The notes beneath the pieces are model-generated. The model was not told where the DNA came from, ran no database searches, and was given only the letters and a program-made list of their open reading frames with translations. Both the position numbers and the translations under genes were made by a program. Below, piece by piece: positions 37,584-47,300 of a stretch of 64,000 nt of DNA. How positions within the stretch are numbered: the first letter of the stretch is position 1; each line of letters begins with the position of its first letter. Source of the DNA: Alphaproteobacteria bacterium (GTDB taxonomy: Bacteria; Pseudomonadota; Alphaproteobacteria; Bin95). The stretch lies in contig CBDBGH010000003.1 of NCBI GenBank assembly GCA_965205265.1, forward strand, positions 32,001 to 96,000. Reading direction: 5' to 3'.

Positions 37584-38783
37584 ATGCGCATCAAGAACCT
37601 GTTGGCTGCCGCAGCGGCGGCCGCGCTGCTGGCCGGCACGGCCCACAGCGCCGACATGACCGGCATTACCGACACCACGATCAAGATCGGCAACACCAAC
37701 CCCTATTCGGGCCCGGCCTCGGTCTACAGCACCATCGGCAAGACCATCGCCGCCTATTTCAAGATGGTGAACGAGATGGGCGGCATCCAGGGGCGCCAGA
37801 TCGACTTCATCTCGCTGGATGACGGCTACAGCCCGCCGCGCACGGTCGAGCAGGTCCGCAAGCTGGTCGAGCAGGAAGAGGTGGCGCTTCTCTTCCAGAC
37901 GCTCGGCACGCCGACCAACTCCGCCATCCACCGCTATGTGAACGCGAAGAAGGTCCCGCACCTGTTCGTCGCGACGGGCGCGAGCAAATGGGGCCAGCCG
38001 GACAAGTATCCCTGGACCATGGGCTTCCAGCCCACCTATGACGTCGAGGGCGAGATCTACGCGAAATACGTGCTCGAACACGTCGAGGACCCGAAGATCG
38101 CGATCCTGTTCCAGAACGACGACTACGGGAAGGACTACCGCGACGGCTTCCTGCGCGGCCTCGGCGACAAGGCCGACGAACTCGTGGTGTCGATGCTGCC
38201 CTATGAGGTCACCGACCCGACGGTGGACAGCCAGGTTTTGAAGATGAAAGAGAGCGGCGCCAACGTCTTCTTCAACATCACGATCCCGAAATTCGCCGCC
38301 CAGGCGATCCGCAAGTCCTGCGAGATCGGCTGGAAGCCGGTTCATTTCCTGAACAACGTGTCCTCCTCGGTGGGCGCGACGCTCACGCCGGCCGGCCTCG
38401 AATGCTCCAAAGGCCTGATTACGGCCATCTACCTGAAGGATCCGGTGGATCCGCAGTGGAAGGACGATCCGGGCTACAAGGAATGGGTCGCCTTCATGGA
38501 CAAGCACATGCCGGGCTCCGACCTGACGGACGTGAACTACGCCTATGGCTACAGCGTCGCCAAGCTGATGCACATCACGCTCGATGGCTGCAAGGAGCTG
38601 AGCCGCGAGGGCATCATGGCCTGTGCTGCGAATCTCAAGGGCATCGAATTGCCGATGGTCTTGCCGGGCATTACGGTGGACACCGCGCCGGACGATTTCT
38701 ACCCGATCCAGGCCGAGCAGTTGTCGAAGTTCGACGGCGAGCGCTGGGTCGCCTTCGGCGGCATCATCGACGCCAGCAAGTAA
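37584..38783 (+). CDS. ABC substrate-binding protein (LIV type)
   Basis: Signal peptide; PYSGPAS, DDGYSPP and QNDDYGKDY motifs. Confidence 0.93.
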   Translation: MRIKNLLAAAAAAALLAGTAHSADMTGITDTTIKIGNTNPYSGPASVYSTIGKTIAAYFKMVNEMGGIQGRQIDFISLDDGYSPPRTVEQVRKLVEQEEVALLFQTLGTPTNSAIHRYVNAKKVPHLFVATGASKWGQPDKYPWTMGFQPTYDVEGEIYAKYVLEHVEDPKIAILFQNDDYGKDYRDGFLRGLGDKADELVVSMLPYEVTDPTVDSQVLKMKESGANVFFNITIPKFAAQAIRKSCEIGWKPVHFLNNVSSSVGATLTPAGLECSKGLITAIYLKDPVDPQWKDDPGYKEWVAFMDKHMPGSDLTDVNYAYGYSVAKLMHITLDGCKELSREGIMACAANLKGIELPMVLPGITVDTAPDDFYPIQAEQLSKFDGERWVAFGGIIDASK

Positions 38784-38805
38784 CGTCGCCGGCATAACGG
38801 AAACC

Positions 38806-38841
38806 GGCCGCCTCCCTTGCCGGGGAGGCGGCCTTTTCCTT
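38806..38841 (+). terminator. Rho-independent terminator
   Basis: GGCCGCCTCCC / GGGAGGCGGCC stem followed by TTTT. Confidence 0.75.
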
Positions 38842-38890
38842 GCGCGTACCCAATCTCGGCCTCCGCGTGGGAATGGGCTACTCTCGCCCG

Positions 38891-39523
38891 ATGTTTCGGC
38901 GCGGCGCGACACGGCGGCGGGTGCTGGCGGGGCTGACGGGAGCGGCGGCGTTGCCGTTGCCGTCGTCTGCGCGCTCGACGCTCCTCGGCTACGCTCCTCC
39001 GGAGGCGGCGGCCGACCGCGGCCTCGGGCTCGCACCGCCGCTCGCTTGCACGCCCGGAACGCCTTCCCAGACGGCGGGGCCGTTCTACACGCCCGCCACG
39101 CCGCGCCGCGCCGACCTGCGCGAACCGGGCGCGGGCGGCGAGCTGTTCGTCTTCGAGGGCCTCGTGCTGACGCCGGATTGCCGGCCCGTTCCCGGCGCCG
39201 TCATCGACATCTGGCACAGCGACGGGCGCGGCCGCTACGACAACCGGGGCTTCCGCTATCGCGGCCACCAGTTCACGGATGCGGCCGGGGCGTTCCGCTT
39301 CCTGACGATCAGGCCCGGCGTCTATACGGGCCGCACGCCGCATATCCATGTGAAGGCGCAGGGCAGGGACACCCGCGCACTCACCACGCAGGTCTATTTC
39401 CCGGATCTCGGCGAGGCCAACGCCCGCGATTCGATCTTCCGGGACGACCTGCTGCTGCGCCTCGACCGGACTGCCGCCGGCATGTGGCGCGGGAAGTTCG
39501 ACTTCGTGCTCCGGCCGGCCTGA
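38891..39523 (+). CDS. Intradiol ring-cleavage dioxygenase-like protein with Tat-like signal
   Basis: TRRRVL signal; GPFY, DIWHSD..GRYD and YTGRTPHIH motifs. Confidence 0.85.
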   Translation: MFRRGATRRRVLAGLTGAAALPLPSSARSTLLGYAPPEAAADRGLGLAPPLACTPGTPSQTAGPFYTPATPRRADLREPGAGGELFVFEGLVLTPDCRPVPGAVIDIWHSDGRGRYDNRGFRYRGHQFTDAAGAFRFLTIRPGVYTGRTPHIHVKAQGRDTRALTTQVYFPDLGEANARDSIFRDDLLLRLDRTAAGMWRGKFDFVLRPA

Positions 39524-39581
39524 GCCCGCTCGCCGGCGGCGGGAAACGGGCCGCTCGGGCCCGCCTCTGCCGCCGCCAGGC

Positions 39582-40643
39582 TCAGTTCTGCGCCACCCAG
39601 CGGTTCCAGCGCTCGGTCAGCTCTTCCTGGTAATCCACCCAGAAGTTGATCGCCTCCTGGCTGCCGCCGAAGAGCCCGGTGGCGAGATTGTCGCCCGCCG
39701 GCAGGCTCTTCGCCCGCTCGGGATCGACCATGGCAACGCCTTCCTTGTGCGTTGGCCCGTAGGCATAGGCCTTGGTGAAGGCGGCCTGACGCGCCGGATC
39801 GGTGGTGGATTTGATGAAGGCGTAGGCCGCGTCCTGGTTGGGCGCGCCCTCGATGATGGCCCAGGAGTCGATGGCGTAAACCGTCCCGTCCCAGATCATC
39901 TGCAGGTTCTTGCCTTCCTTCTGCGCATTGGTGATCCGGCCGTTATAGGCGACGCTCAACTCGACATCGCCGGCCGCGAGCCATTCCGGCGCCTGGGCGC
40001 CGGCTTCCCACCACTGCACCAGCGGCTTGACCTCGTCGAGCTTGGCGAAGGCGCGGTCCACGCCCTCCGGCGTGTTGAGGACCTTGTAGATGTCGGCGGG
40101 CGCGACGCCATCGGCCAGCAGCGCATATTCGAGGTTGAGCTTCGGCCCCTTGCGCATGCCGCGCTTGCCGGGCCAGGTCTTCGTATCCCAGAAATCGGCG
40201 AGCGTGGCCGGCGCCGTGCCTACGGTGTCGGCGTTGTAGGCGATGACCACCGACCAGACGAGATTGCCCACGCCGCAATCGGTGACGGCGTCCGGCAGCA
40301 TGTCTTCCTTGGGCAGGAGCCTCGACCAGTCGAGCTGGACGAACACGCCTTCCTCGCAGCCCCGGACGAGCTCCGAGGTCTCGACCTGCACGACATCCCA
40401 GGGGATTTGCCCCGTGTCCTGCATGGCCTGGAACTGGGCCCAGCCGCCGAGATAGACGTCCTCCAGGAAGGCGATGCCCGATTCCTGGCTGAAGGGCGTG
40501 AAATAGACGTCGCGCTGCGCTTCCTGATAGCTGCCGCCCCAGCTTGCAATGGTGAAGTCGCGGGCTTCGGCGGCTCCGGACAGCACGCCCAGCGCCGCGG
40601 CGACCGCGAAAAGGGGTTTGAAACTCCTCCCGATGGTTTTCAT
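39582..40643 (-). CDS. Polyamine-type ABC substrate-binding protein
   Basis: SWGGSYQEAQ, WDVVQVE and LEYALLADGV motifs. Confidence 0.92.
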   Translation of the reverse strand: MKTIGRSFKPLFAVAAALGVLSGAAEARDFTIASWGGSYQEAQRDVYFTPFSQESGIAFLEDVYLGGWAQFQAMQDTGQIPWDVVQVETSELVRGCEEGVFVQLDWSRLLPKEDMLPDAVTDCGVGNLVWSVVIAYNADTVGTAPATLADFWDTKTWPGKRGMRKGPKLNLEYALLADGVAPADIYKVLNTPEGVDRAFAKLDEVKPLVQWWEAGAQAPEWLAAGDVELSVAYNGRITNAQKEGKNLQMIWDGTVYAIDSWAIIEGAPNQDAAYAFIKSTTDPARQAAFTKAYAYGPTHKEGVAMVDPERAKSLPAGDNLATGLFGGSQEAINFWVDYQEELTERWNRWVAQN

Positions 40644-40753
40644 GGCTCGCCCTCCTTTCCGCCGCGAACGGCATTTGCAGATTGTCTTGACGGCCCGGTC
40701 TCCCGTTCCGGACCGCAGCGCGTGAGCGGGTTTCACCCGGCGCCGCGCCGCTC

Positions 40754-41584
40754 TCACTCCTCCCGCCGGGAACGCTGCCGGGCGCTTCGCCACTGCAGCA
40801 GCTCGACGACCGCCAGAAGTGCCAGCGAGAAGGCTATCAGAATCGTAGCTATCGCAACAATCGAGGGGTCGAGCTGGTCGCGCAGCCCCGTGAAGAGCTG
40901 GCGGGGCAGGGTTATCTGCGCCGGGCCGCTGACGAAGAGCGCGACGATCACCTCGTCGAGCGAGGTGACGAATGCGAACACCGCGCCGGCCAGCACGCCC
41001 GGCAGGATCAGCGGCAGCGTCACTTGGAAGAAGGCGGCGAGCGGCGGGGCGCCCAGGCTTTCGGCGGCGCGCACGAGGTTCCAGTCGAAGCCCTTGAGCG
41101 TCGCGGAAACGGTGATGACGACGAAAGGCACCGCCAGCACGACATGCGCGATAATCAGGCCGATATGGGTCTGCACCAGCCCGACCCTGGCGAAAAAGAA
41201 ATAGAGGCCGAGCGCGGTAATCACGAGCGGCACGGCGAGCGGCGAGATCAGGAGCCCGAAGACGAAGGGCTTGCCCGGAAAGTCCGCGCGCGTGAGGCCA
41301 TAGGCCGCGAGCGTACCGAGCGCGGTGGCGACGATCGTCGTCGAGACCGCGACGATCAGGCTGTTCTCCAGCGCGAACATCCAGGGGAAGGGCTCGACCA
41401 CCGCATCGTACCAGCGCATCGAGAAGCCGGGCAGCGGATAGCTGAGGAAACTGCCCGCGCTGAAGGAGATCGGCACGACGATGACGATGGGGCCGATCAG
41501 GAACAGGAAGCCGAAGGCGCAGATGAGGCGCAGGCACCAGTACCAGACATGCTGGCCGCGCGTGGCGTTGACCGGAAGCGCCAT
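40754..41584 (-). CDS. Polyamine-type ABC permease (PotC-like)
   Basis: SMRWY, AAESLGA and FVTSLDEV motifs. Confidence 0.92.
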   Translation of the reverse strand: MALPVNATRGQHVWYWCLRLICAFGFLFLIGPIVIVVPISFSAGSFLSYPLPGFSMRWYDAVVEPFPWMFALENSLIVAVSTTIVATALGTLAAYGLTRADFPGKPFVFGLLISPLAVPLVITALGLYFFFARVGLVQTHIGLIIAHVVLAVPFVVITVSATLKGFDWNLVRAAESLGAPPLAAFFQVTLPLILPGVLAGAVFAFVTSLDEVIVALFVSGPAQITLPRQLFTGLRDQLDPSIVAIATILIAFSLALLAVVELLQWRSARQRSRREE

Positions 41585-41593
41585 GCGGCCCGC

Positions 41594-42838
41594 CTATCCG
41601 AACCGGAATCCGGCCGCGCCGCGCACAAGGCCGCGATAGACCGGATAGAGCGCGGCCACGCTCAGCAGCAGCAGGATCGCTATGGCGCTTGCCATGCCCC
41701 AATTGCCGGTCCGGGTCGCGAACTCGGCGATGAGGTAGCTCAGCATCTGGTCCGACGCGCCGCCGATCAGCGCGGGCGTGATGTAGAAGCCGAGCGAGAG
41801 GATGAAGACCAGGATGCAGCCGGCGCCGAGCCCCGGCAGGGTCTGCGGCAGATAGACGGACAGGAACGACGCGACCGGCTTTGCGCCGAGCGAGGCGGCG
41901 GCGCGCATCTGGCTCGCCGGAATATTGCGCATCACCGCGTAGAGCGGCAGCACCAGAAAGGGAAGCAGGATGTGGACCATCGCGATATAGACGCCGGTCC
42001 GGTTGAATATCAGCGTAAGCGGCTCGTCGGTAAGGCCCGCATAGAGCAGGGAATCGTTCACGACGCCCTTGTTCTGCAACAGCACGACCCAGGCGGCCGT
42101 GCGCACCAGCAGCGAGGTCCAGAAGGGCAGCAGCACCAGCGCCAGCAGGATCCGCGACAGGCGCTGGCCGGTGGTGGCGATGAGATAGGCCATCGAATAG
42201 CCGATGGCGATGCACCAGGCGAGCACCCAGAAGCTGATCCAGAAGGTGCGCTCCAGATAGTCGATATAGATGGTGCGCTCGGGCGGGGCGGTGCCGATGC
42301 TGCCGTCCCAGCGGCGTTCGAGATCGACGGCCGCCAGCAGGTAGCGGGTGGTGTAGGGCCCGGCCGAGGCCTTGATCGCGCGCCAGTAGGCGATGTCGCC
42401 CCAGCGCTCGTCGAGCCCGATCAGGGCTTCCTTGTAGGGCGGGCCGGCAATGCGGCGGATCTTGCGGCCGGTGCGCATCACCATGCTGCGGAAGCCGCTG
42501 ATCTCGTAGTTGAGCCGCATGGCCGCCGCCGCAACGGTCCGGTCCTCATAAGCGGTCCGGATTTCCTCGACTACCGTTGCATAGGCCTCTTCGTCCGGCA
42601 GTTCGGCGCCGTCCCATTCGGCGACGATCTCGGCGGTCCGGGGCATGACCTCGGCCAGCTTCGGGTCATCGACGCTGAAATAGAGCAGCGAGAGGATCGG
42701 GCCCGCGAACACCACGAGGATGAAGAGCAGCAACGGCGCGACAAGCAGGAAGGCGTTCAGGGAGCGCCGGCGCTGGGCGCGCCTGAGTTTCGCCTCCAGG
42801 CTGCGGTCGGCGGGGGCGGCCTTCGCTTCGTCCGTCAT
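41594..42838 (-). CDS. Polyamine-type ABC permease (PotB-like)
   Basis: LPFWTSLLVRT and GFYITPALIGG motifs. Confidence 0.92.
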   Translation of the reverse strand: MTDEAKAAPADRSLEAKLRRAQRRRSLNAFLLVAPLLLFILVVFAGPILSLLYFSVDDPKLAEVMPRTAEIVAEWDGAELPDEEAYATVVEEIRTAYEDRTVAAAAMRLNYEISGFRSMVMRTGRKIRRIAGPPYKEALIGLDERWGDIAYWRAIKASAGPYTTRYLLAAVDLERRWDGSIGTAPPERTIYIDYLERTFWISFWVLAWCIAIGYSMAYLIATTGQRLSRILLALVLLPFWTSLLVRTAAWVVLLQNKGVVNDSLLYAGLTDEPLTLIFNRTGVYIAMVHILLPFLVLPLYAVMRNIPASQMRAAASLGAKPVASFLSVYLPQTLPGLGAGCILVFILSLGFYITPALIGGASDQMLSYLIAEFATRTGNWGMASAIAILLLLSVAALYPVYRGLVRGAAGFRFG

Positions 42839-43929
42839 GCCGGCGCCAGCACCCGGCAGTGCTCCGGGGCCCAGCCGACCTCGACCGCCGCTCCGGGCGC
42901 GAGCGCATCGCCGGCCGCGCCGGCGGGCGCCAGCGCGATGATGTCGTCCCGCCCGGCCATGGCGAGGCGCACGCGGTTGTGGGCGCCGAAATAGATCACC
43001 TCGACCACCTGCGCCCCGAACCGGTTCGCCATGCCTTGCGCCGCCGGCCCGATAACCAGGCGCTCAGGACGCAGCGATAGCAGGGCCGTCTCTCCGTTCG
43101 CGCGCGCCGCCGCAGACCGGGCATGGACGACATCGCCCGAAGCCAGCCTGACGGCGCAGTCCCGTCCGTCGATGCTTTCGATCCAGCCCTCGAAGGCATT
43201 GTTCTCGCCGATGAAATTGGCGACGAAGGCGTTGGCGGGCGTCTCATAGACCTCATGCGGCGAGCCGACCTGCTGGATGAGCCCGTCATTCATAATCGCC
43301 ACCCGGTCGGACATGGTAAGCGCTTCGCCCTGGTCGTGGGTGACATAGGCGACGGTCATGCCGAGTTGCTCGTGCAGATGCTTGATCTCGATCTGCATCT
43401 GCTCGCGGAGCTTCTTGTCCAGCGCGCCCAGCGGCTCGTCCATCAGCACGATCTCGGGCTCGAAGACGAGCGCTCTCGCAAGCGCAACCCTCTGCTGCTG
43501 GCCGCCGGAAAGCTGGTGCGGACGCCGCTCGCCGAGGCCGGTCAGGTCCACCATGCGCAGCGCAGCCTCCACCTTCTCGCTGACGGCATGCTTCGGAAGC
43601 CGGCGCTGGACGAGCGGAAAGGCGACGTTCTGGAATACCGACTTGTGCGGGAAGAGCGCGTAGTTCTGGAACACGATGCCCATATTGCGCCGGAAGGGCG
43701 GGACATTGCGCAGCGAGCGGTCATTGAGGACGATATCGCCGGCCGTCACCGCCTCGAAGCCGGCGAGCATCAGCAGGATGGTGGTCTTGCCGGAGCCCGA
43801 CGGCCCGAGCAGCGTCAGGAATTCGCCCCTGCGGATTTCGAGATTGAGGCGGTCCACGACATTGACGCGGCCGTCATAAGTCTTTTCGACGTCCCGAAAC
43901 CGGACCAGCACCTCGGAGTCGGGAGCCAT
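42835..43929 (-). CDS. Polyamine-type ABC ATPase (PotA-like)
   Basis: GPSGSGKTT, FQNYALFPH and LSGGQQQR motifs; TOBE tail. Confidence 0.93.
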   Translation of the reverse strand: MAPDSEVLVRFRDVEKTYDGRVNVVDRLNLEIRRGEFLTLLGPSGSGKTTILLMLAGFEAVTAGDIVLNDRSLRNVPPFRRNMGIVFQNYALFPHKSVFQNVAFPLVQRRLPKHAVSEKVEAALRMVDLTGLGERRPHQLSGGQQQRVALARALVFEPEIVLMDEPLGALDKKLREQMQIEIKHLHEQLGMTVAYVTHDQGEALTMSDRVAIMNDGLIQQVGSPHEVYETPANAFVANFIGENNAFEGWIESIDGRDCAVRLASGDVVHARSAAARANGETALLSLRPERLVIGPAAQGMANRFGAQVVEVIYFGAHNRVRLAMAGRDDIIALAPAGAAGDALAPGAAVEVGWAPEHCRVLAPA

Positions 43930-44083
43930 GGCTAGCGGGTCTCCCGGCCCGCCCCGCCAGCCGAATTCCCGCTATCGAGGCGCGCCGCCGGCCGCGTGCA
44001 GCCGGACCGGCCGGCCCCCGTGCCGCAGGGGAACGGCGGCCCGGCAGGCGGCCCCGGCGACAAGGCGCTCAGGCCCTTCGAGG

Positions 44084-45472
44084 CTACGCGACCGCCTTGC
44101 CCTGCTTCGTCAGCAGGTCGAGGCCGGCATCGAGCGCGCGGGCATAGCGGTCGAACATCTCGTCGATTTCGCTCGCGGTGATGACCAGCGGCGGCGCGAA
44201 GCACATGGAATCCCCGACCGGCCGCGTTATCAGGCCCTCCTGCGCGCAGAGGTCGTTGACGAGCGCGCCGACGCCGTCCGACGCCGCGAAGGCCTCCTTC
44301 GTCGCCTTGTCCTTCACCAGTTCGGTGGCGCCGACCAGCCCGACGCCGCGCGCCTCGCCGACCAGCGGATGGCCGGCGAAACCCTGGATGCGCTCCTGGA
44401 ACCGGCCGACCACGCTCTGGACATGCCCGAGCGTGTCCTCCTCCTCGTAGATCTTGAGGGTCTCCAGCGCGACCGCCGCCGCGACCGGATGGCCGGAATA
44501 GGTGTAGCCGTGGCCGAACACGCCCATCTTGGCGCTCTGGTCGGCGATGGCCTGATAGACCTCGTCGCTGATCATCGTCGCCGAGATCGGCAGATAGCTG
44601 GAGGAGAGCGCCTTGGCGCAGACCAGGATGTCGGGCTCGATGCCGAAGGTCTCCGAGCCCCAGAAATTCCCGGTCCGGCAAAAGCCGCAGATCACCTCGT
44701 CGGCCACGAACAGCACATCGTGCTTGCGCAGCACCTCCTGGATTTTCGGGAAGTAGGTGGCCGGCGGCACGATCACGCCGCCCGCGCCCATCACCGGCTC
44801 GGCGAAGAACGCGGCCACCGTCTCCGGGCCCTCGGACTCGATCAATGCATCGAGGTCCTCCGCCATGCGGGTGGCGAAGTCCTCTTCGCTCTCGCCGTCC
44901 TCGCCGAAGCGGTAGTAGTGCGGGTTGTTCGTGTGGATGAAGCGCTCGAGCGGCACATCGAAGCCGGAATGGTTGAGCGAGCGGCCCGTCAGGCTGGCCG
45001 CCGCCAGCGTGATGCCGTGATAGCCGTTGACGCGGCCGATGATCTTCTTCTTCCGGTGGCGCCCGCGGGCGTTGTTGTAATACCAGACGAACTTGATCGC
45101 GGTGTCGTTCGCCTCGGAGCCCGAGTTGTTGAAGAACACCTTGGACACCGAGGTCGGCGCCAGGCCCATCAGCCGCTCGGCGAGGTCGATGCCGGGCAGA
45201 TGCGATTTCTGGCCGAACTGGTGGTAATAGGGCAGGGTTTCGAGCTGCTTCACGGCGGCGGCGACGAGGCGCTTGTGCTGGAAGCCCAGCGAGGTGGACC
45301 ACAGGCCGGCCATGCCCTCGATATACTGCTTGCCGCCCGTGTCCCAGACATAGACGCCGTCACCGCGCTCGATGACCATCGGCCCCTGTTCTTCGTGCTG
45401 GCGGAAATTGGTGTAGGGGTGAAGCAGATACGCGACATCGCGCGCTTCAGGCGAATTCGGCTGCAACGGCAT
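44084..45472 (-). CDS. Class III PLP aminotransferase (omega-amine/putrescine type)
   Basis: SGSEAND, YHG, ADEVICGF, AKALSS and HGYTYSGHP motifs. Confidence 0.95.
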   Translation of the reverse strand: MPLQPNSPEARDVAYLLHPYTNFRQHEEQGPMVIERGDGVYVWDTGGKQYIEGMAGLWSTSLGFQHKRLVAAAVKQLETLPYYHQFGQKSHLPGIDLAERLMGLAPTSVSKVFFNNSGSEANDTAIKFVWYYNNARGRHRKKKIIGRVNGYHGITLAAASLTGRSLNHSGFDVPLERFIHTNNPHYYRFGEDGESEEDFATRMAEDLDALIESEGPETVAAFFAEPVMGAGGVIVPPATYFPKIQEVLRKHDVLFVADEVICGFCRTGNFWGSETFGIEPDILVCAKALSSSYLPISATMISDEVYQAIADQSAKMGVFGHGYTYSGHPVAAAVALETLKIYEEEDTLGHVQSVVGRFQERIQGFAGHPLVGEARGVGLVGATELVKDKATKEAFAASDGVGALVNDLCAQEGLITRPVGDSMCFAPPLVITASEIDEMFDRYARALDAGLDLLTKQGKAVA

Positions 45473-45580
45473 GGGACGGCCTCCGGGGACGCTGGTGGCA
45501 GGGAGAAACGCCAGTCTAACACCCTGTCGAGGCGCGCCCCAAACATCTTTGTCGGCAGGCTGCGGCGCCGGGCTCCGCCC

Positions 45581-47019
45581 CTACCGTATGCACACATCTG
45601 CCATGGAGAGTGTTGAACGGGGTGTTTCCCTTGTCGGTGTCCTGTGATTCTCCGGTTCTCCGGAGCTGACGGGAACCGGGAGGGTCGGACATGGACAATG
45701 AGGCTTCGCATTTCGGGGACCGCCGGATTGACGAGGCGGGCCGGTTCCTGCACGACCGGCTTGTCAGGCGCGGTCCCCGGGGCATCTCCGTTCGCAGCGT
45801 GGGCGGGACCCGCGCGGGCGAGGTACGCATCGGGCGGTTCCTGCGAAACGGGAGGGTCACGGTGGAGAAGGTGGTGGCGCAGGCCGCGCGGGGCACGGCG
45901 AGCCGTGTCGCTGGCCTGCATGTGCTGGCGATCCAGGACACGACGAACTTCCGCAACAGCGGCGGCGGCACGGGTGTGGTCGGCCACGCCACGATCGCGG
46001 TGGAGGCCGAGGCAGGGGCCCTTCTCGGCCTGGTTGCCACGCAGGTGATCGCGCGGTCCGGCGGCCAGAAGGCGTCGAAGCCGGCGCCGCCCTGCGACAA
46101 GCAGAGCCGGCGCTGGCTCGACGGCATGCAGGAGAGCGCGCGCCTGCTGGAAGCGGGGGCGGCGCGCGTGACGGCGGTGGCGGACCGGGAAGGCGACATC
46201 TACGAGATGTTCGCCTGCCGGCCCGAGGGCATGGATGTCCTGGTCCGGGCCGCGCAGGACCGCGTCCTCGCCGACGGCGGGGGCAAGCTCTTCGACGGCC
46301 TGGAAGGCAGGCCGGAGGAGGAGCATGCGGTGGACCTGCCGGCGCGGCCCGGCCAGAAGGCGCGCACGGCCCGCATCTCGGTGCGCTTCGGCGCGGTCAC
46401 GCTCCGGCGTCCGAGGCACCGGGCCGCAGAGCCCGGCACGCCGGAGTCCCAGCCCGTCTTCCTCGTCGAGGCGCGCGAACGCGACCCGCCTGCGGGGGTG
46501 CCGCCTGCGCACTGGCGGCTGCTGACCAGCCACCGGGTCGAAACGCACGACCAGGCCCGGTGGATCACCCGGCTCTACCGCAGGCGCTGGACGATCGAGC
46601 AGCTGTTCCGCACCGTCAAGACCAAGGGCTTCGACATCGAGGCCGTCTCCATGGAGACCGCCCCGTTCCGGGTCCTGTGCGCCATGACGCTCGTCGCCGG
46701 CGTCTCCTGCCTGCAACTCGTTCAGGACAGGGACGGCGAGGGCGCCCGCCCGCTCAGCGACGTCTTCGACGAGGCCGACAGGACCGCCCTCGAAGCTGTC
46801 TCGGCCACGCTCGAGGGTGGCACCGAAAGGCAGAAGAACCCACATACGCCGGGCTCGCTGGCCTTCGCCGCCTGGGTCTGCGCACGCCTGGGAGGCTGGA
46901 CCGGCTACTACGGCAAACCCGGGCCCGTGGTCATGCTGAAAGGGCTCTACGAGTTCAGGGCCATACAGCTCGGCTATAACCTCGCTCTGGAAAGAGCCGG
47001 AAATGTGTGAATCCGGTAG
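45581..47019 (+). mobile_element. IS4-family (IS50/Tn5-like) insertion sequence, 1439 bp
   Basis: TIRs CTACCGTATGCACACAT / ATGTGTGAATCCGGTAG; 10-bp direct repeat GGCTCCGCCC at 45571-45580 and 47020-47029. Confidence 0.95.
45691..47010 (+). CDS. IS4-family transposase
   Basis: QDTT, ADREGD and YRRRWTIEQLFRTVK (YREK signature); ARLGGW C-terminal motif. Confidence 0.95.
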   Translation: MDNEASHFGDRRIDEAGRFLHDRLVRRGPRGISVRSVGGTRAGEVRIGRFLRNGRVTVEKVVAQAARGTASRVAGLHVLAIQDTTNFRNSGGGTGVVGHATIAVEAEAGALLGLVATQVIARSGGQKASKPAPPCDKQSRRWLDGMQESARLLEAGAARVTAVADREGDIYEMFACRPEGMDVLVRAAQDRVLADGGGKLFDGLEGRPEEEHAVDLPARPGQKARTARISVRFGAVTLRRPRHRAAEPGTPESQPVFLVEARERDPPAGVPPAHWRLLTSHRVETHDQARWITRLYRRRWTIEQLFRTVKTKGFDIEAVSMETAPFRVLCAMTLVAGVSCLQLVQDRDGEGARPLSDVFDEADRTALEAVSATLEGGTERQKNPHTPGSLAFAAWVCARLGGWTGYYGKPGPVVMLKGLYEFRAIQLGYNLALERAGNV

Positions 47020-47300
47020 GGCTCCGCCCCGGGGCCGGCGGCTCGCTCCGGCCGCAGGCGGCGGTTCCGGGGCTTGGCGCGCATCCTGTCCGGCAGGGGC
47101 GGCCGCGCTTCCCTGCAATGCGCGGCCAATCGTTGCGTTGACAGGGTGGCCGGTTGGTGCATGGTCTCCGCATGCCGACAGGGGGCTCCTTCGTTGCCGA
47201 CCGTTGGCATCCGGGCCGCGCCGCTATTGCGCGCCGGGTGCGAACCTTCGGGAGCGGCAGCGGGCCTCCCTGCCGGAAATCAAGCAGGGAGAAGACACGC

